From: a virus
Virus record (IMG/VR): IMGVR_UViG_3300035501_000778
Location: 3,717 to 67,716 of that record
Length of the DNA stretch: 64,000 bases
Strand: one strand, 5' to 3'
In this document: positions 29,954 to 39,811 of the stretch, one piece after another
How positions within the stretch are numbered: the stretch's first letter is position 1
Layout: each line of letters starts with the position of its first letter
Made by a program: the position numbers and the translations under genes
Notes under the pieces: generated by a model
Seen by the model: the letters and a program-made list of their open reading frames with translations, nothing else
Told to the model about the DNA's origin: nothing
Databases searched by the model: none

Positions 29954-30023
29954 AATGAATCGCTTTAAGTAAATGGACTGCACGCGGTGTCCCACCATAC
30001 GGCAAGGCACCGCGCGCAGGGGA

Positions 30024-30290
30024 TTAGTTCTCTTGCTTGGGGTCTTGCTCCCCTTGATCTTCACGGACGGCCTTCTCTACTTCTTTTTCAATGTGCTCTC
30101 TAAATTGACTACTGAATACGAAACTTGCCCACCAATAGTTGAAGCAAATCAGTATTCCGCAGAAGATGAGCATGGTGTGGTCGTTATGCTGCCAGTGGTA
30201 GACGATGCGCGATACCAGGAAGAATCCGCTGGCCGAGATGGCTACGCAGCATACTCCCCTTGTAAACTCGATAAGGTTGTCTCGGCTCAT
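30024..30290 (-). CDS. Small membrane protein
   Basis: Two hydrophobic segments, ATGA coupling. Confidence 0.55.
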   Translation of the reverse strand: MSRDNLIEFTRGVCCVAISASGFFLVSRIVYHWQHNDHTMLIFCGILICFNYWWASFVFSSQFREHIEKEVEKAVREDQGEQDPKQEN

Positions 30291-30496
30291 GCCTCGCCTC
30301 CTTCCTTCTTTGGTTGGTCAAGTTGAAAGGTGTGGAAGTTCAAGACCTTCAGTACTTCACCCAATCGTTTCGCCTCGGCCTCTGTCTTCATTTTGGCTTC
30401 TACTGTGAAGTTGTCTTCTCCTTCTTCGATGTCTACGAATACATGGTATATGGTTTCGCCTTTATACTCACGTTCTTGTATAGATACTTTTCTCAT
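30287..30496 (-). CDS. Hypothetical protein
   Basis: Ends KEGGEA with coupled next gene. Confidence 0.55.
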   Translation of the reverse strand: MRKVSIQEREYKGETIYHVFVDIEEGEDNFTVEAKMKTEAEAKRLGEVLKVLNFHTFQLDQPKKEGGEA

Positions 30497-30616
30497 TTTC
30501 TTGCTGAATGTTTTGTGGAATACTTTCCCCAAAGATAAAAGTTATTTCGCGTATAGGCTCTATCTTGGGTTCACATTTAACAATGTTTGACAAACACGTC
30601 TCCGTCCTTGCGCTGC

Positions 30617-31369
30617 TTACTCTTCCTCGTGCTCGATGGGTTCCATCAGTACCTTGGCATTTCCGTCTCTCGACAGAAGTTCCATCACGGCAACGTCTAC
30701 TCCGTCCATCAGTCGAACGCGCATCATGCTGGGGATGCTGCCTCGCATCACTTCTACGGTATCTAACTCCATCAGCTCCATTGCTTGATAGACGCGATAC
30801 ATATTCGCAGCACTAAGCAGATAGAAGGCTCTCACTTTCTTCTCTCCTTTCTGCAATTCATCTTCTATCGGTGTGTCGCGCTTTGGATTCAGCAGGACAA
30901 AGGTGCCGGCGTAGTTCTTGTCATAGATCATTGCTCCGGTAGGCTCTAATCCTGCTTCTGATTCGTAACCGCTTCCGTGGCAGGATGGGCACTCCATCAT
31001 CTGTTCCCAATGTTCGTAGTGAGGTTTCCAAGTGGTGTATTGCCATTCTACTTCTCCTACTCCATTACAGATGGGGCACTCCACATCTTCTCCTGCCATC
31101 TTCATCTCTGGCTCCATGGGCGAGTTGTCGAGGAAGGCCTTGAGCTGTGCGCGTGTCAGCAGGTTCGTTCCCTTGAACGGCGGCATCTCAATGGCTCTAT
31201 TCTTTTCTTCGTACTCTCCCTCGCAGAGTTCTTTGTCGATGATGACGGCCACGTGTCCGTTGGTACCATACACGCGTCCGTGACTAAGGAACGGCTCTTT
31301 TAGTTTGTCTGCAATCTGCGTGTTGCCTCCGCCGATAAACAGATGCAACAATTCATTTTCATTCTTCAT
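30617..31369 (-). CDS. Protein with DnaJ-type CxxCxGxG zinc finger
   Basis: CPICNGVG and CPSCHGSG; YGTNGH motif. Confidence 0.7.
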   Translation of the reverse strand: MKNENELLHLFIGGGNTQIADKLKEPFLSHGRVYGTNGHVAVIIDKELCEGEYEEKNRAIEMPPFKGTNLLTRAQLKAFLDNSPMEPEMKMAGEDVECPICNGVGEVEWQYTTWKPHYEHWEQMMECPSCHGSGYESEAGLEPTGAMIYDKNYAGTFVLLNPKRDTPIEDELQKGEKKVRAFYLLSAANMYRVYQAMELMELDTVEVMRGSIPSMMRVRLMDGVDVAVMELLSRDGNAKVLMEPIEHEEE

Positions 31370-31413
31370 GTTAAGTAGTTATAAGTTCGTTGCGTAATTC
31401 GATATGTCAAACA

Positions 31414-31551
31414 TTACTTCTTGAATCCGTCATACCAAAGTATAATGAATATCATATAGAGTACCATTATCTCCTTGTTGAAGATAACGCAGAAAATGGT
31501 CGTGATCAGAAAGCCGAAGCGGATAATGAAATCCCATAATCGAAAGTTCAT
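31414..31551 (-). CDS. 45-aa hydrophobic peptide
   Basis: MNFRLWDFIIRFGFLITTIFCVIF..., ATGA-coupled; below ORF-track cutoff. Confidence 0.4.
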   Translation of the reverse strand: MNFRLWDFIIRFGFLITTIFCVIFNKEIMVLYMIFIILWYDGFKK

Positions 31552-32015
31552 TCTTTGCCTCCTTCCTTCGTTTCTTTGTTCTTGATACGAACTTGGCCAT
31601 TGAGGGCTTTCATAAAGAACTCATTGCTCTTTCCTGACTTTACGTCGTTTTGCGTCTCTCGGATAATCTCCTGTAAGTCCTTACGCTGCAAGGCGCCAAG
31701 CAGGATGGCTTCGTACATGGTGCGGTAGATAACCTTCGCTCGTTTTGAGTCGCTCATAAATCCTCCGTTCAATGCGTACAGTAAATCGGCTCTGAAAGAC
31801 TCTTCTGAAGGATCCTTGCCGTTGCTCATGGTTACAAAGGATTCGTTACCGATTCTGCCAATGAATAACAAGTTGCCTCCGTGACGCTTGATGATTTCGC
31901 CGATTTTCTGCATCTGCTCATCTACGGTTCTCAAATCAACTTCTACGACATCCAGGAACTTTTCTCTGTCTGGCTGTTCCTCCGTCACTTCGCTTACGTC
32001 TATGTTCTTAATCAT
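31548..32015 (-). CDS. Hypothetical protein
   Basis: 155-aa ORF in leftward operon. Confidence 0.65.
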   Translation of the reverse strand: MIKNIDVSEVTEEQPDREKFLDVVEVDLRTVDEQMQKIGEIIKRHGGNLLFIGRIGNESFVTMSNGKDPSEESFRADLLYALNGGFMSDSKRAKVIYRTMYEAILLGALQRKDLQEIIRETQNDVKSGKSNEFFMKALNGQVRIKNKETKEGGKE

Positions 32016-32077
32016 AATAATATAGTCTTTAAATTTCTAATTCGTTTAAATCTCGGGAGCATCTCTCTCCTTATGCG

Positions 32078-32293
32078 CTAATCTTTTACCGTATCTCGGA
32101 ATCGGAATCCGCTGCAACTAAGTCGGTCGCTCTTCGTGCCGTCCAATACCCTTCCTGATACGATGCATACATTCCACACTCGAAACGGTTCCGTAGTCAT
32201 GCGTGGCTTGCAATACTTGCACATACAACAAAGCGGTTGCTGCAATTCTCTGCAATTCGACTTGCGTTCTAAACTCATCTTCTCTCTCGGCAT
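32078..32293 (-). CDS. Small Cys-rich protein
   Basis: CCMCKYC...C...C. Confidence 0.5.
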   Translation of the reverse strand: MPREKMSLERKSNCRELQQPLCCMCKYCKPRMTTEPFRVWNVCIVSGRVLDGTKSDRLSCSGFRFRDTVKD

Positions 32294-32297
32294 AGGT

Positions 32298-32555
32298 CTA
32301 ATACTTCTCAATCTTTGTGGCAAGGCGGATGCGAGACAAAAGTCTTTCAATCTGTTCTTCCGAAGCCAACCCGACAACCGGATATCTGCACCAGTTGTTA
32401 GGCCCTGAACTGCGAAGTATCGGATAGTCTGGTGAACTGCTTTCACCAATCACACAACCGTACCCATCTCCGTTCACAAGTCCATCATGGATGAACACTG
32501 CTCCTTCTTCATCAACCAGGAAGTCGCCGGCTTTATACTCGCTCTTTCTTGCCAT
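32298..32555 (-). CDS. Hypothetical protein
   Basis: YKAGDFL N-terminus, 85 aa. Confidence 0.6.
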   Translation of the reverse strand: MARKSEYKAGDFLVDEEGAVFIHDGLVNGDGYGCVIGESSSPDYPILRSSGPNNWCRYPVVGLASEEQIERLLSRIRLATKIEKY

Positions 32556-32566
32556 AGCCTAAAGTA

Positions 32567-33079
32567 TTAACATTTCCACTTTGTATTCAATGGAATTTTC
32601 ACCGATGCAGCCTTGCTACCGTCGCCGTTACTGCCGTCGCATGAATCTCCATCTCCATTACATGGACATCCCTCTCCGTTACAAGAGCCGTCGCAGCTTT
32701 CGCTCTTTCCCTTACACTGATAATTTCTAAGTTCGATAACCTTCTTGAGCATCTCCATACATTCAGGGTCTTTAGCGGCCATCAGATGCATCGTATTGAC
32801 AAATGCTACATACAACATTCTGAAGATGTCCTTATTGATATCCTTCAAGTCTGTCAACGTGCGCATCAGCGCGCTGCCAAAGATTTGCTCGTTCGTGAAT
32901 TGATCTGCCGTACTAACGATGGTTCTGCATACGCGACCACTTACTTGCCCGAATAGGAATACTCCTTCGTCGGGATACTTGTCGTCAAAGAAGTTCTGTA
33001 TCTCTTGCAGCTTCTTTAAAAATTCTTTCGTGCGCTCATCCAAAATTTCGGGCACGCGCGTGTACTGATTCTCAATCAT
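32567..33079 (-). CDS. Hypothetical protein with Cys/Gly-rich tail
   Basis: 170-aa ORF. Confidence 0.6.
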   Translation of the reverse strand: MIENQYTRVPEILDERTKEFLKKLQEIQNFFDDKYPDEGVFLFGQVSGRVCRTIVSTADQFTNEQIFGSALMRTLTDLKDINKDIFRMLYVAFVNTMHLMAAKDPECMEMLKKVIELRNYQCKGKSESCDGSCNGEGCPCNGDGDSCDGSNGDGSKAASVKIPLNTKWKC

Positions 33080-33120
33080 AATTAATTGTTGTTTAGCTTC
33101 TTAATTTAAATCTTCAATTT

Positions 33121-33250
33121 AAGTTTCGGATGTGTCCAATCCGAGTTCCCCATCCAGTTGTAGGGACGCACCCAAGGTGCGTCCTAATCGCAGGATATGG
33201 TCCAATAAAGGAAAATTCTCCATCCTCGTATTTTCCGGTCTTAGGACGCG
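33121..33250. repeat. Partial REP/MITE-like element
   Basis: AAGTTTCGGAT end, GTAGGGACGCACCCAAGGTGCGTCCTA at 33160, truncated TTAGGACGC. Confidence 0.7.
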
Positions 33251-33267
33251 GTCCAATAAAAAGGTCT

Positions 33268-33963
33268 TCACTCCATCGGGTCAAAGCTTTCAAACCCAAC
33301 ATCCCCGTCCGCCGTAGAATGTACGACCTTCATGTCTTTAAGCACTGCGTTCTTTACAACTTCAACCCCTTGCTCAAACAACAGCCCAAGCGCCAGGTTG
33401 TCAAGGTATTCACTTGGCCACGGTTTATCATATTCATCCCATCCATTTGCCTTACGGCGCATAATAGAATACTTCCCGTCGATGAAGTCTTTCGCGCCTC
33501 GTTGAAAGTAGTGCGCAAGTCTCATATCCGTTCTCGCAACATTAAACAACGTCTGCAACAACTGACAAAAGAATACTGCCTTTCGGCTAAATGGCAGCGT
33601 TTCGCTACTCATCATATTCATGGTTGTCTGAATCAGTCGGATAGCGTTATTTCCTCTGTCCAGCATGATAGCACGTTCTACGTCACTCCCACTATCCAAA
33701 TACATAACGCCCAACATCTTGTCGGAATTAATAGCCAACCGAAATACTTCTTTCATCAGTTCTGTAATCTTGTCCACTCGCTCCTGGTTGGTCATACCTT
33801 CCATACTGTCCGGCAAGCCACCGGCGTAAACCGTCTCGCGATTGCAACTCTTCTTGCTATCATTGTCAAGCCCAGGGTTGCTCGCTTTGTCTTTGTTCTT
33901 ACCTTCGTTAAGCGGACGATCTTCACTACCGCTCTTCAAAACATCTTCATTATTCTTGTCCAT
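33268..33963 (-). CDS. Hypothetical protein
   Basis: 231-aa ORF. Confidence 0.6.
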   Translation of the reverse strand: MDKNNEDVLKSGSEDRPLNEGKNKDKASNPGLDNDSKKSCNRETVYAGGLPDSMEGMTNQERVDKITELMKEVFRLAINSDKMLGVMYLDSGSDVERAIMLDRGNNAIRLIQTTMNMMSSETLPFSRKAVFFCQLLQTLFNVARTDMRLAHYFQRGAKDFIDGKYSIMRRKANGWDEYDKPWPSEYLDNLALGLLFEQGVEVVKNAVLKDMKVVHSTADGDVGFESFDPME

Positions 33964-34002
33964 ACTCTAATTAAATTAGTTTCAAATAATCTACCTAAGT
34001 TT

Positions 34003-34206
34003 AAGTTTCGGATTTACTCCCTTCCCTTTATTCATCGAGTTCTTATCCAGTTGTAGGGACGCACCCAAGGTGCGTCCTAATCGCTGGCGATGGTCCAATA
34101 AAATGGAAATTCTTATCCTTATATATTTCTTGGTCTTCGTATTAGGACGCACCGTAGTAAAAACAAAGGTGCGTCCCTACTATTGGATTGGACAAATCCG
34201 AAACTT
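34003..34206. mobile_element. REPIN/MITE-like non-autonomous element
   Basis: Outer inverted repeat AAGTTTCGGATTT/AAATCCGAAACTT; inverted GTAG-REP doublet at 34053 and 34142-34180. Confidence 0.6.
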
Positions 34207-34212
34207 TTATAT

Positions 34213-35979
34213 TTATCTCCGTGCCTTCTTCGACTTTCCCGTATAGCATTTCGCCAGCAGGATGTCTCGGTACTGCGGAATACCTAAGACGAGCGTCACC
34301 GCATCTGCCACAGCTTTCACGGCTGTCTTCCCCTGCATCACCAAAGTCATTTCCTTTGTCTTTGGATTCCAGTAAAAATTGGTTCCGACAAATGGAGGCA
34401 TCTTCCTATCCACGATGCCGGGGTATTCAAAAACGAGCAGAAGCCAGTAGCCTCTATTCCATGTGGTTTCCAACTTCATCTGCAAGTAGTTGTCAAACAA
34501 TCCCAGCAGCGCAGCCAAACTCCATGCGGGCATCAACTTGTCATCAAATTGATACGAGCAAGGCATAAGCATACTTTCGATGACGTGATGCTCTCCACTC
34601 ATATTGGTCGTACATTGGCTGCACATATCAGCCGTGGCAGGGTCTAATCCAAGGTTCAGCAAGTTCTTAACCTTCATACGATCCGTACAGATGGGAACCT
34701 CCTGCGGATTCTTCTCGAACATAACCTTCTTGTATTCTTCCGACATCGAAATGCTTTCCACCATCTTCACAATCGCTTGCACCACGGTATTCCCCGAGCG
34801 CTCAAACTGTGTCGTTGTCTGATTAATCGTGTAGTCCATGTCTCCGTTTTCGAGTTCCTTCGTCTTTACATTCGATGACTCAAAGTGCTTCACACGGAAG
34901 ATATATTCTCCATCTCCAAATGATTCAAGAGTTAATCCTGTCTTGTGATAGCTCCAGATGTTCAGCAACTGCGCAGCACTCCAGGTTAATTTACCAACTC
35001 GATTATCACTCGGTCTGCACAAGCGAATCAATGATTCCTTCGTCTTGCAGTCGCTCCACTGTTTGGTATATCGAATGTCGGCAGTTTCCACAGATTGCAA
35101 ACTCTTGCAAAGCGTCGCTGCCTCAATCAGGTTGGTACACATCGGGTGTTCTCGCAGAAGTTGTTCGTCAACGCCAACCCCATTCGTCGGGTGAAACCAA
35201 TAACGCTCATCATCGCTTATCTCATCATGCGCAACATCATTCCGCCCGTATAACTTCTTAATATCCTCGATGCGTTCCTGCTCGTCACAACTCTCGTCGG
35301 AGTCGCCACAATCATTCTTACTACAACCCTTATCTGACTCGCCGCAATCTTCTGTCACCTTGTTTTCGCCCGCATCCGATTCGCTGCAATCCTCTGCTGC
35401 TTTGTTCTTGCCTGCATCTGATTCGCTGTAATCTTCTGCTGCTATATCATTACCCGCATCAGGTCCGCTCAACTTCGGGTCGTTCTTATACCACTCCTGG
35501 ATCCACTCAAACAATCCAGGTCGTCCGTTCGCTGGTTCATCGCGATTAGCATTCGATGCTCCTTGCTTAGATTCCTTCAATTCGACTCCGGCTTTAGTAA
35601 GTGTTTCCTTGAGCGCAAGAGTCATTGCGTCCAGCGCACATTTATTTGCGTTTAATTCATTCGTTGTCTCGTCCAACTTCGCCTGCACCATAGCAAGTTC
35701 GTCTTTCGTTAGCGCCAACTCCGAATAAATCTTGTCAGCGATTTTAGGGGTGACAATCGCAATATCGTCGACTCCCTCGTCGCTTATACTAAGGGCAATC
35801 CCGTCGCTTTTGCTACAGATTAAATCGTCGCTAATGCCACGAATCACAACGTCGCTTTTGCCACGAATAATCTCATCGCATTTACCACGAATAGCCCCAT
35901 CGTTCCCAGCAGTAATATTCTTCTCACAGTCACCACCACCAGTGGATCCGTGATAATTATCATGTGTCGGTCCCATCAT
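34213..35979 (-). CDS. Large mosaic hypothetical protein
   Basis: 588 aa; degenerate 8-aa and ~13-aa repeats; LGLDPATADM and PAWSLAALL motifs. Confidence 0.7.
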   Translation of the reverse strand: MMGPTHDNYHGSTGGGDCEKNITAGNDGAIRGKCDEIIRGKSDVVIRGISDDLICSKSDGIALSISDEGVDDIAIVTPKIADKIYSELALTKDELAMVQAKLDETTNELNANKCALDAMTLALKETLTKAGVELKESKQGASNANRDEPANGRPGLFEWIQEWYKNDPKLSGPDAGNDIAAEDYSESDAGKNKAAEDCSESDAGENKVTEDCGESDKGCSKNDCGDSDESCDEQERIEDIKKLYGRNDVAHDEISDDERYWFHPTNGVGVDEQLLREHPMCTNLIEAATLCKSLQSVETADIRYTKQWSDCKTKESLIRLCRPSDNRVGKLTWSAAQLLNIWSYHKTGLTLESFGDGEYIFRVKHFESSNVKTKELENGDMDYTINQTTTQFERSGNTVVQAIVKMVESISMSEEYKKVMFEKNPQEVPICTDRMKVKNLLNLGLDPATADMCSQCTTNMSGEHHVIESMLMPCSYQFDDKLMPAWSLAALLGLFDNYLQMKLETTWNRGYWLLLVFEYPGIVDRKMPPFVGTNFYWNPKTKEMTLVMQGKTAVKAVADAVTLVLGIPQYRDILLAKCYTGKSKKARR

Positions 35980-36146
35980 TATTTAATCACAATTCTATTT
36001 TCCTTCTCGTCAAACACGATGCTGATATTATTGGTGACATAAACGTCGCCGTTGGCCATCACCCAATTCACAAACACCTCCGCGTCGTCCGGAAACTTTG
36101 ATAAAATCTCTTTCAAGTCTTTACTTGTAATGTGAGTATAATCCAT
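35979..36146 (-). CDS. 55-aa protein, paralog of upstream ORF
   Basis: MDYTHITSKDLKEILSKFPDDAEVFV...; TAATG coupling. Confidence 0.65.
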   Translation of the reverse strand: MDYTHITSKDLKEILSKFPDDAEVFVNWVMANGDVYVTNNISIVFDEKENRIVIK

Positions 36147-36157
36147 ACGCTTAAAGT

Positions 36158-36319
36158 TTAATCTAAATAAATAACATTATCTTTCTCATCATAATCCACA
36201 TCGAGTGTATTAGAGAAGGTGTCGCTCCCGCAATCAATGGAGACATACACCTCCGCATCCGCCGGATACTCCGCCAGAATCTTCTGCAACTCTTCATTGG
36301 TGATATTACAGTACCTCAT
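36158..36319 (-). CDS. 53-aa protein, paralog of downstream ORF
   Basis: MRYCNITNEELQKILAEYPADAEVYV... Confidence 0.65.
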   Translation of the reverse strand: MRYCNITNEELQKILAEYPADAEVYVSIDCGSDTFSNTLDVDYDEKDNVIYLD

Positions 36320-36330
36320 AGCTTAGTAGT

Positions 36331-36921
36331 TTAATCTTTCAATAAATCTTCCAGTGTCTCTTTGGCTGCTTTAAACTCTTCGGCTGTAATACCTGCGTAG
36401 CCTGATTCGTTTGCAGCCTTGACATTTTCGTTAGGGGTGCTACTTTCTTTACCAGCGGCATCACCCTTTCCACTTACGACGTTACTCTTCTCTTCGCGCC
36501 CGTTATTTACTTCGCTCTCATTGTTGATCATTTCGTCGGTAGTCTTCATCAGTTCAACTCCCTTATCAACAACCTCGCCAGCCTTATCATCAAAGTTCTC
36601 ACTACCAAGTCCAGCGTCGCGAAGTTCAATCACCGCTTTTGCGTACCCGTTTACGTTGCGGATAAAGTCCTGCGTAAAGTGTCTCTGTGCAAAGGTAGAT
36701 GCCACCATGTAGATAGCCATGCCAACCTCTCGGTCTCTTCTCATCAAGTCATAGACACACTTGCCAATATCTTCCGTGGTACCAGCCATGTGAATCACAC
36801 TGCGCTCTTTCGTCTTATCACGGAATACAGCCACAGCAGCTCTCTTCTCGTATTCGTCCAATGCCCAGTCTTGGATACGACTCCCAAGTCCTACGACGTC
36901 AAACTCTTCACTCTTTTGCAT
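36331..36921 (-). CDS. Hypothetical protein
   Basis: 196-aa ORF. Confidence 0.65.
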   Translation of the reverse strand: MQKSEEFDVVGLGSRIQDWALDEYEKRAAVAVFRDKTKERSVIHMAGTTEDIGKCVYDLMRRDREVGMAIYMVASTFAQRHFTQDFIRNVNGYAKAVIELRDAGLGSENFDDKAGEVVDKGVELMKTTDEMINNESEVNNGREEKSNVVSGKGDAAGKESSTPNENVKAANESGYAGITAEEFKAAKETLEDLLKD

Positions 36922-37073
36922 AATCAATTCGTTTTATTGTTAATTCGGTTTCGAACTCACATCCTTCTCTCTATTTATCGTTCTCCCATCCATCTATAAT
37001 TTCCGTATTGAACAATGGTCGGGTTGGATAAATCCGAAACCTTAGTTATTAATCATTTATCACCTACAAACAA

Positions 37074-37286
37074 TCATTCAACCTTATCGTTGGTTTTTCT
37101 ATTGTCTACGATAGGTTTCTTGTTGTGCATCTTGTAGTACATACTCTGCGGATGGTCTAACCTGGTCCCATCGTTGAAGTCCATACATACCTTCTGCCCA
37201 TAATCCTTAACTGGACAAAATCGACTAATCAAGTTGCACCACCCATCCGGCGTACACCAAATGCAAGTAAGTTCTGTCTCTTCCAT
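37074..37286 (-). CDS. Small Cys-containing protein
   Basis: CIWC...WC...C...C. Confidence 0.5.
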   Translation of the reverse strand: MEETELTCIWCTPDGWCNLISRFCPVKDYGQKVCMDFNDGTRLDHPQSMYYKMHNKKPIVDNRKTNDKVE

Positions 37287-37323
37287 ATTATATAATAATG
37301 TTATACGTCAAACCCCCTATGCA

Positions 37324-37878
37324 CTAACTAATAATCTCGCGCTCTTTGAGATACTTCAATATCCGAATCAGATTGAACATCCCAAGAGGCTCATCGCTGC
37401 AATCCTGTGCCAACTCCGTAATAGCGGAATCATCCACATCCCCTCGCAGCCATTTATTCACGATGTCGGTGTACTCATCCTTCATCGCCTTTTCCTCGTC
37501 CTTGTCGTATGCCTCATTCAGAAACAAACTAATATCAATCCCAAGAATAAACTGCAAGATATAGCAGCACTCTCGTGTGGTCAAGTCTCTACGAAGCACA
37601 AGCCCCGTCACGTCATTAACTCGATTCACCGTCGTATGCACGATCCCGAGATTAAACATCTTCTTCCTCTTCCTCTTACAGGCAGCCTCCAAAACTTCTT
37701 CATCCGTTTTCATATCATGCCCATTCATATCATGCCCATTCATATCATGCCCATTCATATCATGCCCATTCATATCACGTCTATTCATATCACGTTCATT
37801 CATGTCGTACCCATTCAAGTCATTCCCATTTAAGTCATTCCCATTCATATCACGCTCATTTATGCCATACTCATTCAT
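37324..37878 (-). CDS. Hypothetical protein with 5-aa (xDMNG) tandem repeats
   Basis: 15-nt repeat CATATCATGCCCATT x4 plus degenerate copies. Confidence 0.65.
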   Translation of the reverse strand: MNEYGINERDMNGNDLNGNDLNGYDMNERDMNRRDMNGHDMNGHDMNGHDMNGHDMKTDEEVLEAACKRKRKKMFNLGIVHTTVNRVNDVTGLVLRRDLTTRECCYILQFILGIDISLFLNEAYDKDEEKAMKDEYTDIVNKWLRGDVDDSAITELAQDCSDEPLGMFNLIRILKYLKEREIIS

Positions 37879-38243
37879 ACTCCATTGCCATTTATATTGG
37901 TTACCATTTCTTTATGTACGTCATCCAACTTGCCACCGCCAGCGACGCTACTTCCAGAATGATATTCACTCAACAGTGCATCCTTAATAGGCTTACTAAG
38001 TGTACGGAATAAAATCCGATTCTTCTCCGGAATATCCTCGTCACCGATGCTGCAAAACAAGACATACCCAATAGGCACGCCCATCGCGTTGCATATCTTC
38101 TTTAGTGTAGCTTTACTCGGCATACTCTTATCGGTCTCGATATTGCACAGCGCGTTCGCAGAGATACTGCTCCTTACGGCCACCTCTCTCTGCGACAGCC
38201 CAATCTCTCGCCGGCAATTCCTAATAGCATTTCCAAGTTCCAT
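37875..38243 (-). CDS. XRE-family HTH regulator
   Basis: LGNAIRNCRREIGLSQREVA...NIETDKSMPS...KKICNAMGV. Confidence 0.9.
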   Translation of the reverse strand: MELGNAIRNCRREIGLSQREVAVRSSISANALCNIETDKSMPSKATLKKICNAMGVPIGYVLFCSIGDEDIPEKNRILFRTLSKPIKDALLSEYHSGSSVAGGGKLDDVHKEMVTNINGNGV

Positions 38244-38610
38244 AATTCAATCTTTTATCAAGTTAATGTTTAAGTCCTCCAATTTGTTCATCCGCAATTT
38301 GTTTAATACGTGTATTCCAAACAATAACGACGCAGGATCACTTGTATAAAGCCAGTCTGTAAACCACGGTATTCCTTCCAATAGATTTCATTCCGGCTTA
38401 AAATAATATACATAGGTATGAATACGGATAACAATGCAAAGATACTATATTTAATAATAATGTAGTTACAAGAATGTGCAAAATAATACTAAAAGAGATG
38501 TACATTAAGTAATCCTATTTAAATCTTAAAATATTAAAAAAAAGCGCGGAAAATATTGATACATCAAATATGTTTTATATCTTTGCACCATAATTGTAAA
38601 ATAATAAAAT

Positions 38611-39090
38611 ATGGAAAAGAATGTATATGAAGTTATTCCGATATTAAAGGAGTTGCTCGTGACCAAGTATTTTTCGCAAACGCTTGTTGGATTATCTTCA
38701 ACTTGGTTTGATAACAAGTGTAATTTATGCTTTAAATACGGATTAAACGAGGGTGTTAACGAAGTTGATATAGAACTTATTAATAAAGCCCTTGCACAAC
38801 TTGCGGTTAATATTGAGCAGTTGAAAGTGCAAGTTCAAGAAAATATGAAGGATATGGATTATCAAAACGGCATTTCTGAAAAGATCCGTGACTTGGCCAA
38901 GATGATAAACCTTCCTTGCTTTATAAAGACATATACTTCTTTTTCTATTAATACTTTCAGAAGTAAGATAGGACATTTCCCTAATACAAACGGTGAGCCT
39001 CGTTTGTTTACCGAGAAAGACATACATAAATACAATAAAGGCATAGATGGTTTATATGTGTTTATTTCAAGTTTGAAGGTAAAACTGTAA
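38611..39090 (+). CDS. Low-GC protein, possibly tandem DUF5053-like HTH
   Basis: Divergent from XRE gene; GLSSTWFDNK and NGEPRLFTEKD segments; own TATCTTTG promoter. Confidence 0.55.
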   Translation: MEKNVYEVIPILKELLVTKYFSQTLVGLSSTWFDNKCNLCFKYGLNEGVNEVDIELINKALAQLAVNIEQLKVQVQENMKDMDYQNGISEKIRDLAKMINLPCFIKTYTSFSINTFRSKIGHFPNTNGEPRLFTEKDIHKYNKGIDGLYVFISSLKVKL

Positions 39091-39727
39091 TATATCAAGT
39101 TAAAGCGTGCGCAACGAACGTACGCTTTAACTTTTTTTTTGTCCATTCGTATCGAAAAGAATACTCTTCTTGATTAAATATTATTATAGTATAATATATT
39201 TCTTTATTGGTCACGCAAAGCGTGATTTTGATATTACTTTCTGTTTATCGGTAAAAAAAGTATATTCCACTTTTTACTACTTAATCCATTGAAATTGAAT
39301 ATTTCTTTAGTGGAATAAATTCCATTTTTGCGTTCCTGACCGCGCGCCGTGCTATGGGATCCTTGTGCCTGTGGTCGCGTACGCGCGTACCTTATATATG
39401 CGCGTACGCGCGATACGATAAATTTTGAGCGACGCAATAAAATTAACATATTTAACATGGTTCTCGCGGAGATGATAGGTAAAGAATTTTAACACGCATA
39501 AAGATGCGGAAAATATGCAGTTTTTCGATGGTTTTTCGTTTTTTTTGACAAATGAAAATTGCACAAAAAAGCAAAATTTGTGCAATTTGGAAAACTCCCT
39601 TAATATTGCAATAATGTACGCGCGCGAATGGATTAAGGTGTCGAAAAAAAAAACACTCTTAAACAGACTGAAAATCAATAAGTTAAGAAAAAAATCAAAA
39701 AAAAGCAGAAAAAAATCGACGAAAAAT

Positions 39728-39811
39728 TTTGTGCTTTCAGAAAAAGTCCATACCTTTGCAACGTCAACGATAAAGGATAGCTTCCTGGAAAGTAGTTGAG
39801 GTGTTCTTTGA
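39728..39811 (+). promoter_or_regulatory. Strong Bacteroidota promoter with boxA-like element
   Basis: TTTG 39728, TACCTTTG 39751, upstream A-tracts, GTTCTTTGA at 39803. Confidence 0.7.
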
